From: Patescibacteria group bacterium
GTDB lineage: Bacteria > Patescibacteriota > Microgenomatia > UBA8517
Length of the DNA stretch: 64,000 nt
Direction: 5' to 3'
Assembly (NCBI GenBank): GCA_035260845.1
Contig: DATFUL010000008.1
Location: 5,709-69,708, forward strand
Shown here: in pieces, positions 1 through 10,076 of the stretch
How the letters are laid out: the number at the start of each line of letters is the position of its first letter
How positions within the stretch are numbered: the first letter of the stretch is position 1
Translations under genes and position numbers: made by a program
The notes under the pieces: generated by a model
Databases searched by the model: none
Seen by the model: only the letters and a program-made list of their open reading frames with translations
What the model was told of the DNA's origin: nothing

Positions 1-558
1 ATTTTAATCACTGGTGGAATTTTCTTTTTTAAGTCAGGACTAAATTTTAGTGGAACAAAAGTTGAGATTTTAAATGATGCAACAGAAAGTGCTGCACTAA
101 AAAATATAACCGCAGAAATTGCGGGAGCGGTTATTACTCCCGGTGTCTATAAATTAGCAAACGATAGTAGGGTTGACGACTTATTAATTTTGGCGGGGGG
201 ATTTTCTTCCAGTGCGGATAGAACTTGGACCGACAAATACTTAAACCGTGCAAGTGTTATTGCCGACGGACAAAAGATTTATATACCAAACGTTGGTGAG
301 CAGACACTTGGGACGAGTGCTAAAAACGATGGAGGGGATCAAACTACATCATCAAGTTTTTCATCCGATAGTAATGCTATGGTAAATGTTAACACTGCAA
401 GCTTAAATCAGTTGGACTCACTACCGGGAATTGGCCAAGTATACGGCCAAAATATCATTGAACACAGACCTTACTCAACTGGGCAAGAATTGGTGTCAAA
501 AGGTGCAATTAAGCAAAGTTTGTACGAAAAGATTAAAGACAGGATATCTGTTTATTAA
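1..558 (+). CDS. comEA: ComEA-family DNA uptake protein (SLBB + helix-hairpin-helix), 5' end outside window
   Basis: Frame 1 is open from base 1 (ILITGGIFFF...EIAGAVITPGVYKL...RVDDLLILAGG); C-terminal VNVNTASLNQLDSLPGIG HhH motif; upstream of comEC. Confidence 0.92.
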   Translation: MLITGGIFFFKSGLNFSGTKVEILNDATESAALKNITAEIAGAVITPGVYKLANDSRVDDLLILAGGFSSSADRTWTDKYLNRASVIADGQKIYIPNVGEQTLGTSAKNDGGDQTTSSSFSSDSNAMVNVNTASLNQLDSLPGIGQVYGQNIIEHRPYSTGQELVSKGAIKQSLYEKIKDRISVY

Positions 559-568
559 CTACCACATA

Positions 569-643
569 TTGGTATTTCAGTAATTCGGTATTTCGGTTTA
601 CAGTTACCGATGACTGAACTACTGGAGTACTGAAATACTGAAA
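569..643. repeat. Quasi-palindromic 8-mer repeat element (TCAGTATT/AATACTGA family), copy 1
   Basis: ttggtatt tcagtaat tcggtatt ... aactactg gagtactg aaatactg; left half is complementary to right half; similar to 1693-1753 and 47602-47678. Confidence 0.85.
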
Positions 644-1702
644 ATGAAACACTTAATTTGGCCCTTACTAATTTTCCTAATTGTCTTCCGGTATTTTACA
701 ACCCGTCCCATCTACAATAATGGTGACAAAATAAGAATTACCCAAACTGTTTATACTGACCCCGTCATTTATCCAACTTCTCAGTACATTAATCTTTCTG
801 GACTTAAAGTTTATTTACCTCTTTTTCCAGAGGTTTCTTACGGACAGAAAGTTGTTGTTGAGGGAGTAGTCGAAAAAGGCAAATTAAATAATCCAAAACT
901 CATTAATATTTATGAAAACCACAATTTTGCTGTTAGTTTCAGAAATAAAATAGTTGAACTTTATTTAGAGACACTGCCACAACCTATGGGCGGACTCCTA
1001 TCCGGAATAGTTATTGGTAGTAAAGGCGCCCTAACTCAAGATTTTTATAACCAAACAAAACTAACTGGAGTTGCACACGTAGTTGTAGCATCAGGAACAA
1101 ATATTACTTTTGTGGTTGCATTTTTAATGGGTATATTAACTTTAATTATGCCAAGGAAAAAAGCGATAGCCTTTATTATATTAGGTATTATTTTGTATCT
1201 ATTTATATCGGGTTTTCAAGCACCACTAATTAGGGCTGCAATCATGTCTTCTTTTATATTCCTGGGCCAGACGACAGGTAGAGTAGTCTTAACTTGGCGA
1301 ATTTTCTTTATAACCGGCTTTGGCATGCTTATTTATAGACCGGATTGGATTCTTGATATCGGTTTTATATTATCTTTTGTTTCAACTGCAAGCCTGATGC
1401 TATTTGAGAATAGAATTAGGAATTATCTTAAAAAAGTGCCGGAGGTTATTAAAGAAGGCCTTTCCACCTCTCTTGCGGCGCAAATTGGAGTCGCTCCGAT
1501 ACTATTTGTTACATTTGGACAGTTTAATATACTATCTCCAATCATCAATGCACTTGTTCTTTGGACAGTTCCATATCTAATGATCTTAGGCTCAATTGGA
1601 GGAGTTGTGGGTTTAATTGTGCCTGGCTTGGGCAGAGTTATACTTTATTTGAGCTACCCACTTTTATGGTGGTTTATAACTGTAGTCTCAATTTTCAGTT
1701 AA
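644..1702 (+). CDS. comEC: ComEC/Rec2 competence membrane domain protein
   Basis: TGVAHVVVASGTNI, RAAIM and DIGFILSF motifs; multiple TM segments. Confidence 0.92.
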   Translation: MKHLIWPLLIFLIVFRYFTTRPIYNNGDKIRITQTVYTDPVIYPTSQYINLSGLKVYLPLFPEVSYGQKVVVEGVVEKGKLNNPKLINIYENHNFAVSFRNKIVELYLETLPQPMGGLLSGIVIGSKGALTQDFYNQTKLTGVAHVVVASGTNITFVVAFLMGILTLIMPRKKAIAFIILGIILYLFISGFQAPLIRAAIMSSFIFLGQTTGRVVLTWRIFFITGFGMLIYRPDWILDIGFILSFVSTASLMLFENRIRNYLKKVPEVIKEGLSTSLAAQIGVAPILFVTFGQFNILSPIINALVLWTVPYLMILGSIGGVVGLIVPGLGRVILYLSYPLLWWFITVVSIFS

Positions 1703-1753
1703 TCAGTATTTCAGTAACTGCAAACTGAAATACTGGAATACTGAAGTACCGAA
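1693..1753. repeat. 8-mer repeat element, copy 2, between the two ComEC halves
   Basis: tcagtatt tcagtaac ... aaatactg gaatactg aagtaccg. Confidence 0.8.
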
Positions 1754-2638
1754 ATGCAAATTTGGAAATACATCTACGGATTTTTAACTTTGATTCTTGT
1801 AGGTCTAATTATTGCCATATTCCAAATTCCAGATTCTAACCTGCATATAATTGTTTGTGATGTTGGTCAGGGAGACGCAATCCTCATTACTTATAAAAAT
1901 ACACAAGTGTTGACGGATGGCGGCCCAGACCAAAAGGTCATTAGTTGTCTTTCTAAATACATGCCGTTTTGGGATAGAGAAATAGAGCTTGTTATTTCGA
2001 CCCATCCCGATGCTGATCACTCAACAGGGCTTATAGATGTAATTAAAAGATATAACGTGGATAAAATTGCAATTAGCCCAATCGACTCTGGCACTCAGAC
2101 TATCAAAGCGCTAGAGAATGCGGTGGGGGGTCGAGGGGTAGAGGTACTTACACCAGTAGATGGCATGAGGTTGGGGTTGGGTATGATCTATTTGGATATA
2201 GTGAACCCAAGCCATAATCAAATAGGTTCCTTGAGTCAAAAAGTAGATGGCAGTCCGCTTGGTTTTTTTAAGCCAATTGATGCTACAAACGAATACTCAA
2301 TTAGCTACAAACTTAGCTTCGGAAGCTTCTCAGGTCTTTTCACTGGAGACTTTGGCCAGGGGGTAAGTGATAGGCTAGCATTGGAAAACAAAATCGGATC
2401 GGTTAACTATATCAAAGTGCCACACCATGGAAGTCGCAACGGATTAACCGAAAATCTCCTCAAGCAAATCATGCCCAAATTTGCGGTAATCAGTGTAGGC
2501 AAGAATAACCGTTACGGTCATCCACATAAGGAAATCTTGGATATGCTAAATAAATACAATGTAAAAATATTTAGAACAGATGAAGTTGGGGATGTTGGTT
2601 TGGTAACTGATGGAAAGAATTACTGGATTAAAAATTAG
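1754..2638 (+). CDS. ComEC-type metallo-beta-lactamase-fold protein (separately encoded nuclease domain)
   Basis: CDVGQGDA, STHPDADH, FTGD, KVPHHGS, NRYGHPH motifs. Confidence 0.92.
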   Translation: MQIWKYIYGFLTLILVGLIIAIFQIPDSNLHIIVCDVGQGDAILITYKNTQVLTDGGPDQKVISCLSKYMPFWDREIELVISTHPDADHSTGLIDVIKRYNVDKIAISPIDSGTQTIKALENAVGGRGVEVLTPVDGMRLGLGMIYLDIVNPSHNQIGSLSQKVDGSPLGFFKPIDATNEYSISYKLSFGSFSGLFTGDFGQGVSDRLALENKIGSVNYIKVPHHGSRNGLTENLLKQIMPKFAVISVGKNNRYGHPHKEILDMLNKYNVKIFRTDEVGDVGLVTDGKNYWIKN

Positions 2639-2877
2639 ATCCTTCTTCTTCCTAAGAGACCCATGCCAATACATGCTTCTGTAAATCCGGACAACTTTTC
2701 AGCGGTTATCGAAAGGAGACCTTTAATATCACTTTCAGATAGATTAATTTCTGATATTGGATCAACCAACTTTGCTCTTTCTAGGGCTTGATCGATTCTC
2801 CCATCAAGAAGATGTGCCTCTAGTTCTTTATCAACTACGGCTGCCATTAATAACAAACTTACGTCTTCTGGTGGCAT
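2635..2877 (-). CDS. Small hypothetical protein
   Basis: 80-aa ORF filling the gap; TGATATAAT -10 lies 8 nt before the ATG. Confidence 0.6.
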   Translation of the reverse strand: MPPEDVSLLLMAAVVDKELEAHLLDGRIDQALERAKLVDPISEINLSESDIKGLLSITAEKLSGFTEACIGMGLLGRRRI

Positions 2878-2923
2878 AGGTAGCGATTATATCATTTTTG
2901 CACTAAAAATACTAAAATGAGAA

Positions 2924-4600
2924 ATGCTTAAAAGTGAGCTTGAGAAAATATTAGGTTACGAGGTTGAAGCTACAGAAAACTCTGATTTTGGTGACTATTC
3001 TAGTAATGTGGCCTTAAGCCACAAACCTCCAAGAGAATTTGCCGAAATGGAATTAGTTAAGTTAAAAGCCAATAAAAAACTTAATGAATTCGTCGATAAA
3101 ATAGAGATTGCCGGCCCAGGATTTATTAACTTTTGGCTAAAACGCGATGTACTAGTAGGCAATTTGACACAGATTGTTGAGGAAAAAGAAAAGTATGGAA
3201 CTAACGACACAGGCAAAGGAAAATTGGCAATTGTTGAGTATTCTTCACCCAATATTGCTAAGCCTTTTACAGTTGGGCACTTAAGGTCAACCATAATTGG
3301 TGATGCTGTTGCCAACTTACTTACCGCTTCAGGTTGGAAAGTTATGCGCGATAATCATCTTGGTGATTGGGGAACACAGTTTGGCAAGCAAATCTATGCA
3401 ATCAAAGCTTGGGGTAACGAGGAAGAAATAGCAAAATCAGAAAATCCTGTTAAGGAGTTGGTTGCTTTATACGTAAAATTTCATGAAGAAGCAGAAAAAG
3501 ATCCTTCAATTGAAGACGGTGCCAGGGCTTGGTTCAAAAAATTAGAAGATGGAGACCAAGAGGCTAAACGGTTGTGGCAAAAGTGTATTGACTGGAGTTT
3601 TGTCGAATTCGACAAAATTTATAGCACTCTTAATGTTTCGTTTAGTGATGAATTTGAAGGTGGCCGCGGCCTTGGAGAAAGTTTTTTTGAGAGCAGAATG
3701 GGAATAGTTATAGATGAACTTACTAAAAAGAGGCTCTTAAAAGTAGGTAAAGAGGGTGCAAAGCTTGTATTTTTCCCCAAAGACAAATATCCGGCGCTTA
3801 TGATTGTTAAAAAAGACGGCGCAACTCTTTACGCAACACGTGACTTGGCAACGGATAAATATAGGAAAGAAAAATACGATCCAGACCTTATTATTAACGA
3901 AGTTGGGAGTGAGCAAGCTTTATATTTTAGACAAATTTACGAGACAGAAAAGCTCTTGGGATGGTTTAAGGATGAGCAAAGGGTTCATATTGGCCATGGA
4001 TTAATTCGTTTTAAGGAAGGTAAGATGTCTACCCGTAAAGGAAATGTTATCTGGATGGAAGAAGTTTTGAATGAAGCCCTTAGTAGGGCCAAAAAACTGG
4101 GCTCTGATAGCGAAAAACTAATTAAAGAAGTTGCAATTGGAGCCTTGAAATATAACGATCTAAAGCGGGATTCAAAAACAGATATTGTTTTTGACTGGGA
4201 CGAAATATTAAACATGGAAGGCAATAGTGGACCTTACTTACAATATACAGTTGCAAGGACAAACTCCGTCCTTTCAAAAGCACGAAGCACGATGCACGAT
4301 GCACGAGATGTTTCGGATTTCGATATTCGGACTTCGAATTTAAACGACGAGGAACTCGGAGTTCTTAGGACTTTAGTCCGATTTCCTGAGGTAATTGCCA
4401 CTGCATCCAAAAATTACTCACCCAACTTATTGTGTAATTATCTTTACGATTTAGCACAAAAATATAATGGTTTCTATAACGCCCACAAGATTATCGGTGG
4501 TGAGAATGAAGAGTTTAAGTTAGAACTAACAAAGGGAGTTGGCCAAGTCCTTAAAAATGGTCTCAAACTTCTTGGAATTCAAACTCCGGAGAAGATGTAG
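2924..4600 (+). CDS. argS: Arginine--tRNA ligase
   Basis: VEYSSPNIAKPFTVGHLRSTIIGD, NHLGDWGTQFG, KMSTRKGN, GNSGPYLQY. Confidence 0.98.
   Translation: MLKSELEKILGYEVEATENSDFGDYSSNVALSHKPPREFAEMELVKLKANKKLNEFVDKIEIAGPGFINFWLKRDVLVGNLTQIVEEKEKYGTNDTGKGKLAIVEYSSPNIAKPFTVGHLRSTIIGDAVANLLTASGWKVMRDNHLGDWGTQFGKQIYAIKAWGNEEEIAKSENPVKELVALYVKFHEEAEKDPSIEDGARAWFKKLEDGDQEAKRLWQKCIDWSFVEFDKIYSTLNVSFSDEFEGGRGLGESFFESRMGIVIDELTKKRLLKVGKEGAKLVFFPKDKYPALMIVKKDGATLYATRDLATDKYRKEKYDPDLIINEVGSEQALYFRQIYETEKLLGWFKDEQRVHIGHGLIRFKEGKMSTRKGNVIWMEEVLNEALSRAKKLGSDSEKLIKEVAIGALKYNDLKRDSKTDIVFDWDEILNMEGNSGPYLQYTVARTNSVLSKARSTMHDARDVSDFDIRTSNLNDEELGVLRTLVRFPEVIATASKNYSPNLLCNYLYDLAQKYNGFYNAHKIIGGENEEFKLELTKGVGQVLKNGLKLLGIQTPEKM
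4280..4341. repeat. Heptamer repeat tract in frame inside argS
   Basis: gcacgaa gcacgat gcacgat gcacgag, then tttcgga tttcgat attcgga cttcgaa; encodes ARSTMHDARDVSDFDIRTSNL. Confidence 0.85.
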
Positions 4601-4601
4601 C

Positions 4602-5171
4602 TTATTTATTCGGAGAAATTGTCTCTTTCAGTTTTTCTTCAAGTTCGGCCATGGGTTGGACTTCTGATTCTTCCAGTTGTTTATCCAGTTTTCTCTCAAT
4701 ATACCCTGCATCAATTTCTTTAGTCATTTCGTCAAGTTCCGGATCATCTTTTAGATGTTTTTGTTCAGCCAAAATTTGTTTCAGAAGCTGTAGGATCTTT
4801 GTAATTTCCCGCTCAGAAATAAGTTCAACCTGAAGTCCAAGCTCGTTTCTTAAGACATCACGTTGATTTTCCCTGTTTTGACTCATTAGAACTATAACCG
4901 ATAGAATTATAGCTTCAATTGACACAAATGAGTTCATAAATGAATATGGGTAGGGGTCTATCGTAGGGAAGCCTGGAATCTTACCTGTATTGCCCAAAAT
5001 CCAAACTCCATAGACAACGATGTTTAAAAACAAAAAACTAATAGTTCCAAAGTACGAAGTCAAAAAATCTACAACCTTTACGACAAATGGCCTGCGTTTT
5101 AAAGCTTCTGCTTCAAAACTCCTGATTATTTGATGCGATTTGCGATGGTGTTGTTCTGACATCTTTAACAT
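4602..5171 (-). CDS. DUF1003-like membrane protein
   Basis: DPYPYSFM...SIEAIILSVIVLMSQNR motif; start is more likely 5171 or 5162 than 5204. Confidence 0.85.
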   Translation of the reverse strand: MLKMSEQHHRKSHQIIRSFEAEALKRRPFVVKVVDFLTSYFGTISFLFLNIVVYGVWILGNTGKIPGFPTIDPYPYSFMNSFVSIEAIILSVIVLMSQNRENQRDVLRNELGLQVELISEREITKILQLLKQILAEQKHLKDDPELDEMTKEIDAGYIERKLDKQLEESEVQPMAELEEKLKETISPNK

Positions 5172-5198
5172 ATTTAGAATATACGATATACTGCCTCT

Positions 5199-6476
5199 AT
5201 GCAATATAAATTACAAAAGCTTCCGAATGGTCTTAGAGTTCTAACGGTTCCTATGCAAGGCCTTGAGTCAGTAACTGTTACTGTTTGGGTTAAAACCGGT
5301 AGTCGCTCGGAGGACTTAAAAGTAAATGGAATTAGCCACTTTTTGGAACATATGGTTTTTAAGGGTAGTAAAAAACGCCCAAGTGCAAAAGCAATAAGTC
5401 AGGTGGTTGACTCAATTGGAGGCGAGTTTAATGCCGCAACAAGTAAAGACTGGACCAACTTTTATATTAAGACCAGGGTAGCCAGCATCGAAACTGCAAT
5501 GGACGTACTAAGTGACATGGTTTTGAACCCACTTCTAAAGTCGGACGAGATTGAAAGAGAAAAGGGCACAATTGTTCAGGAAATTGCCATGTATGAAGAC
5601 ACTCCAATGATGCATATTGGAGACGTTTTTGAGGAAGGTGTCTTTGAGGGGAATCCACTAGGCCGTGATACAGCAGGAACTCCAAAATCAGTTAGAGGTA
5701 TCAAAAGAAATGATTTCTTACGATATAGATCGACACATTACAGACCAGACGAAATGATGGTTTCTATTGTCGGCGGAGTAAAAGAAAGTAAAGCCTTAGA
5801 ACTAGCCAAGAAATACTTTAGCTCGCTTAAAAAGTCATCCCAAAAACCTTTTAATATTGAAAAGTTTGCGACTAATCAAACTGCACCAGCTTTCAAACTC
5901 CAAACCAAAAAAGCTGAACAGGCACATCTCATACTTGGTTTCATGTCCGAAGGCCGAAATTACGAAGGCCGTTTTGCACAAAGTCTTCTGGCAACCATTT
6001 TGGGAGGTGGGATGAGTTCACGTATGTTCATTGAGGTCCGCGAGCGTCGTGGACTTGCTTATTCAATTAGAACAGGCCTAGATAGGTACCAGGAAATTGG
6101 CTATTTATCGACTTATGCCGGAGTTGATGTAACTAAAGCCGACCTTGCAATAAAAGTTATTCTTGGTGAATATTACAAAATTCTAGATTCCAAATTTAAA
6201 ATTCAAGCTTCCGAGCTTGTCAAAGCCAAGGAATATCTCAAAGGCCATTTAGCTCTTGCTCTCGAGGATACAAAAGATGTGACATCTTTCTTTTCTGACC
6301 AAGCCTTATTTGCTAATGAAATATTAACTCCCGAAGAAGTCTACAAAAAAGTTGACGCAGTAACTATCGAAGACATACTTTTTGAAGCAAAAAAACTTTT
6401 CGTGCCTTCAAAATTAAATCTAGCCATAATTGGACCTTTTAAGGATAAGGAAAAATTTGTACAATTACTGAAGTAA
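5199..6476 (+). CDS. M16 family zinc peptidase (pitrilysin-like)
   Basis: HFLEH inverted zinc motif, NAATSKD, GGGMSSRMF-EVRERRGLAYS. Confidence 0.95.
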   Translation: MQYKLQKLPNGLRVLTVPMQGLESVTVTVWVKTGSRSEDLKVNGISHFLEHMVFKGSKKRPSAKAISQVVDSIGGEFNAATSKDWTNFYIKTRVASIETAMDVLSDMVLNPLLKSDEIEREKGTIVQEIAMYEDTPMMHIGDVFEEGVFEGNPLGRDTAGTPKSVRGIKRNDFLRYRSTHYRPDEMMVSIVGGVKESKALELAKKYFSSLKKSSQKPFNIEKFATNQTAPAFKLQTKKAEQAHLILGFMSEGRNYEGRFAQSLLATILGGGMSSRMFIEVRERRGLAYSIRTGLDRYQEIGYLSTYAGVDVTKADLAIKVILGEYYKILDSKFKIQASELVKAKEYLKGHLALALEDTKDVTSFFSDQALFANEILTPEEVYKKVDAVTIEDILFEAKKLFVPSKLNLAIIGPFKDKEKFVQLLK

Positions 6477-6478
6477 TT

Positions 6479-7075
6479 ATGAATTCAACTGTAGAGCGAA
6501 CAATAGTTTTAGTTAAACCAGACGGTGTTAAGCGTGGCCTAATTGGCGAAATAACTTCTCGTTTTGAGAAACGCGGCCTCAAAGTAGTTGGAATGAAGAT
6601 GGTTTGGGTGGACGAAGCCATGGTTAGAAAGCATTACCCAACAACCCGTAAAGAGTGGGTGAGTGGAATTGGCGAAAAGACTCTTAAAGCTTACGAAGAT
6701 TACGGAACCGACCCCAAAGAACACTTGGGTACAATGGATCCTTATGAAATCGGCCTTTTGGTTTGTAAATGGCTTGTTGAATATTTAACTAGCGGCCCGG
6801 TTGTTGCAATTGTACTTGAAGGCCCGCACGCAATTATTGCTGTTCGTAAGATTGCAGGCTACACATATCCTGATACAGCTATTCCAGGCACTATTCGCGG
6901 TGACTTTTCGGTTGATTCACCCGACCTTGCTAACATGACTAAAAGAAGTGGAATGAATTTGGTTCACGCATCAGGTAATGCCGAAGAAGCTAAGTTTGAG
7001 ATTGAACTTTGGTTTAAAAAATCAGAACTAATGGATTACAAACGCTCCGACGAGGCCATAATGTTTGGCCTTTAA
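6479..7075 (+). CDS. ndk: Nucleoside-diphosphate kinase
   Basis: ERTIVLVKPDGVKRGLIGEI, PGTIRGDF, NLVHASG. Confidence 0.96.
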   Translation: MNSTVERTIVLVKPDGVKRGLIGEITSRFEKRGLKVVGMKMVWVDEAMVRKHYPTTRKEWVSGIGEKTLKAYEDYGTDPKEHLGTMDPYEIGLLVCKWLVEYLTSGPVVAIVLEGPHAIIAVRKIAGYTYPDTAIPGTIRGDFSVDSPDLANMTKRSGMNLVHASGNAEEAKFEIELWFKKSELMDYKRSDEAIMFGL

Positions 7076-7084
7076 TCTTCTTAG

Positions 7085-7156
7085 TCGGGGTGCTGGGAAT
7101 TGAACCCAGTGTCTCTACGTCCCGAACGTAGCGTAATACCGGTTTACTACACCCCG
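7085..7156 (-). tRNA. tRNA-Pro(CGG)
   Basis: Minus strand CGGGGTG acceptor stem; anticodon arm CTACG-TTCGGGA-CGTAG; GGTTCAATTCC T-arm. Confidence 0.93.
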
Positions 7157-7170
7157 AGGTGTAACACATG

Positions 7171-7242
7171 TGCCCTCGGAGGGAATTGAACCTCCATCTT
7201 ACCCTTAGGACGGGTCTGCTCTATCCGTTGAGCTACGAGGGC
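7171..7242 (-). tRNA. tRNA-Arg(CCT)
   Basis: GCCCTCG acceptor stem; TAGCTCAACGGATAGAGC D-arm; anticodon loop GTCCTAA. Confidence 0.93.
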
Positions 7243-7279
7243 CTAAAACACAAGCAAATTATATCACGAACGAGGCTGG

Positions 7280-8497
7280 TTACTTTATAGTTAAAGTGTA
7301 AAGATTTGCTGAAGTATTAATGCCTCCAAGGTTTGTCAAAATCAAAAGCCTTGTTGTGTTATTGAATGGGAAAGCGAATGTTGAAATGTAGGATCCTGAA
7401 TAAACGACCTCGCGGTTAGTACCGTCATAATCCATAATTACAATTTGACCAGGCTGAGCTAAAAGAAGATGGCGGCTTGTGGACATCCACCTAATTGCCG
7501 GCACCATGTTTTTGATGTCTGGAATTTTGTCGCTAAGGTTTACGGCTTGGTCATAAACTAAGAAATTTCGATCCTCTTTGATATCGTAAATATACGTGTG
7601 ACCTGTTTGAATAGTTCTTTCTTCTCTTTGGGTTGAAGCACCAGGCAAAGGTTTTATTAGTTTGTCAGTCAAAACTCCAGCCGAACTAGCCGTGTAAAGA
7701 ATCATGTTCTGATCAGGGGAGAAGACAAAATCACTGCTTTTTCTGGTTAAGATATCTGTTAGTTCCGCCGGCAGATTTCTTATTAAACTGATATCTTTTG
7801 CAGATTTTTCTTTTTGCCACTGACGTATGGTTTCTAATTTTTGACTTGCGATATTTACTCTTTGATTTTGGGGTTTAAATGATCCTGCATCGAGCACAAA
7901 TATACCGTTTGATGTTGTTAGCATGATCTGTCGGCCATCTGGTGAAAAGGCATAACTAGTGTTAGTTAAGTCGCCGTCCGTGATTCTTTTAGGATCATTC
8001 GAAAAGCCTAAAGGTAAAGAAAATGTATCAAGCGTCCAAAGTCCGATTTTGTCATCACTTGTGCCGACACCAGGCAGAACAGAATAGGCAATTTTACCGC
8101 CATCAAGCGAAATTGTGGGATTAACAGCTCCCGAGAAGGTTACTGGTGAGAGTGATGGTACATTTCTAAAAAGAGAAACGTTGGCCTGGGTTACGACTTC
8201 TTTTTCGATAGTAAGTCTTTTATACCAAGTAAAGAATCCATCCCTCCTTACTTCAACGTCATATGTTCCAGGGGAAAGGGAAATTGTAGCATTTGTGGCT
8301 GTTTTTAAGTCACCATCAACAAAAACCGAGGCTCCATCGGGCTCGGACTTAATAACGAGGATTCCATTGGGCTGAAATTTTAAGGCCTTAAAATCAAATC
8401 TATAGCCCCGGGCATATAAGGAAACGAGCGTGCCAACGGAACCTACTATTATTACACTTAGAATAAAAGCCCAAAGGCGAACCTTAACCATACTCAT
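7280..8497 (-). CDS. PEGA-domain membrane-anchored protein with beta-propeller-like repeats
   Basis: N-terminal TM, YARGYRFD, GILVIKSEPDGASVFVDG PEGA motif, FSPD repeats; start moved to the ATG following TGTATAAT. Confidence 0.8.
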   Translation of the reverse strand: MSMVKVRLWAFILSVIIVGSVGTLVSLYARGYRFDFKALKFQPNGILVIKSEPDGASVFVDGDLKTATNATISLSPGTYDVEVRRDGFFTWYKRLTIEKEVVTQANVSLFRNVPSLSPVTFSGAVNPTISLDGGKIAYSVLPGVGTSDDKIGLWTLDTFSLPLGFSNDPKRITDGDLTNTSYAFSPDGRQIMLTTSNGIFVLDAGSFKPQNQRVNIASQKLETIRQWQKEKSAKDISLIRNLPAELTDILTRKSSDFVFSPDQNMILYTASSAGVLTDKLIKPLPGASTQREERTIQTGHTYIYDIKEDRNFLVYDQAVNLSDKIPDIKNMVPAIRWMSTSRHLLLAQPGQIVIMDYDGTNREVVYSGSYISTFAFPFNNTTRLLILTNLGGINTSANLYTLTIK

Positions 8498-8515
8498 ATT
8501 ATACAACAGGTTGAT

Positions 8516-8622
8516 TCTGATATGTCGTTTTCCATGAATAAAATTCATGGCTGTTGCGTCTAAACGAAAACGACATACCAGGGTTCAATTCATCTCCAAA
8601 GCAAGTTTGGAGTTTTCTTGAA
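8516..8622. repeat. Structured palindromic element, copy A (IS200/IS605-end or PATE-like)
   Basis: Long stem + inner hairpin + GCGTCTAA, then TTCAATTCATC-hairpin-TTCTTGAA; same layout at 19610-19711. Confidence 0.65.
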
Positions 8623-8644
8623 TCCTGTTATAATCGTCCTACGT

Positions 8645-9652
8645 ATGCTCCGAAAGAATATTGCAATAGATTTGGGAACCGCAAATACCCTCGTTTGGGT
8701 GGCTGGTGAAGGCTTAGTTGTAAATGAACCCACAGTTGTTGCTATCTCCTCAGAAGACAATAAAGTTGTGGCTGTTGGTGAAGAAGCTAAGCTCATGCTT
8801 GGACGTACCCCCGAGGCTTTAATTGCCAGCCGTCCCATGCGTGACGGGGTTATTGCTGATTACCAAGTAACCGAGGCAATGCTGCGTTATTTTATGGGTA
8901 AAGTTACTGGCCGTTTTCAGTTTTTTAAGCCTGAAGTTATGGTCTGTGTGCCTGCAGGGTGCACTCAAGTTGAACGCCGTGCGGCTTTAGATGCCACTAT
9001 GTCGGCCGGGGCTGCACATGCCTATTTAATTGACGAACCCTTAGCTGCCGCAATTGGTGCTGGAATTCCGGTTTCTGCTCCTTCTGGGCACATGATAGTT
9101 GATATTGGTGGGGGCTCAACTGAGGCTGCTGTTATTTCACTGGGTGGTGTGGTTACCCATAAATCGGTCCGTGTTGCGGGAAACAAAATTGATGAGGCAA
9201 TTCAAAGCTATCTTAAAAAGAAACACAATTTAATAGTGGGGGACCAAACTGCAGAGGAAATTAAGCTCAAAATAGGTTCAGCAACAGCTCTAGCCAAAGA
9301 GGAACGTTTAGAAATTTCCGGCCGCGACCTAGTTTTTGGCCTCCCAAGAAGTGTAGTTATAACAAGTACTGAGGTAACCGAGGCTATTCATCCTGTTTTG
9401 ATGCAAATAATTGGGGGGGTTAAAGGGGTTTTAGAGGACACGCCACCCGAGCTAGCCGCTGATATTATAGATAAAGGCATAGTAATGAGCGGTGGGACTT
9501 CCACTTTAAGAAATTTTGATAAACTAATGACAGAAGAAACTGGAGTTCCAGCCCACGTTGCCGACGAGCCCTTACTTTGTGTTGTTCGTGGCACGGGACT
9601 AGTTTTAGAGAACATTGAACTTTGGAAGAGAAGCATAACTAACAAGAGATAG
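8645..9652 (+). CDS. mreB: Rod shape-determining actin-like protein MreB (paralogue 1)
   Basis: IAIDLGTANT, RPMRDGVIAD, IDEPLAAAIGAG, VDIGGGSTE. Confidence 0.96.
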   Translation: MLRKNIAIDLGTANTLVWVAGEGLVVNEPTVVAISSEDNKVVAVGEEAKLMLGRTPEALIASRPMRDGVIADYQVTEAMLRYFMGKVTGRFQFFKPEVMVCVPAGCTQVERRAALDATMSAGAAHAYLIDEPLAAAIGAGIPVSAPSGHMIVDIGGGSTEAAVISLGGVVTHKSVRVAGNKIDEAIQSYLKKKHNLIVGDQTAEEIKLKIGSATALAKEERLEISGRDLVFGLPRSVVITSTEVTEAIHPVLMQIIGGVKGVLEDTPPELAADIIDKGIVMSGGTSTLRNFDKLMTEETGVPAHVADEPLLCVVRGTGLVLENIELWKRSITNKR

Positions 9653-10041
9653 TCGATAACATGAGTTTCATCTACGCTATGGGGTGTATATGATTTGATA
9701 GACTTTACAAAGTTATAGGTGTTATAAAATCAAGTTATAAAAAGTTATAAAGTAAATAATCTAGAATTTAGGAGCATGTTTGCTCAGTCATAAGTAAATC
9801 GCTCATAGTATTGCATACAGGAAAGCAAAGTATTCTGGATAGATTGAGGATAAGTATTTTTACATAGGATCAAAAAAAGAGTCAAAAAATTGTTCAAAAG
9901 TGTGTATTTAATCGCGTAGGAGTGCACCTATTTTTACCTGTAGTATTAGTGATTTTAGACTAATAAACAATATACTATATACGATATCAGAAATTGAATA
10001 TAGGATACAATGGCCTGCGGTAAAAGTGAGGCTAATAGTAG

Positions 10042-10076
10042 AAAACTCAAAAGTTATAAGTCAAAAGTCAAAAGTT
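10042..10076. repeat. Heptamer tandem repeat (AAAAGTY family)
   Basis: aaaactc aaaagtt ataagtc aaaagtc aaaagtt. Confidence 0.7.

Noticed and set aside
569-643. Possible CRISPR array
   Set aside because: Units are 8 nt and contiguous, with no spacers and no cas genes
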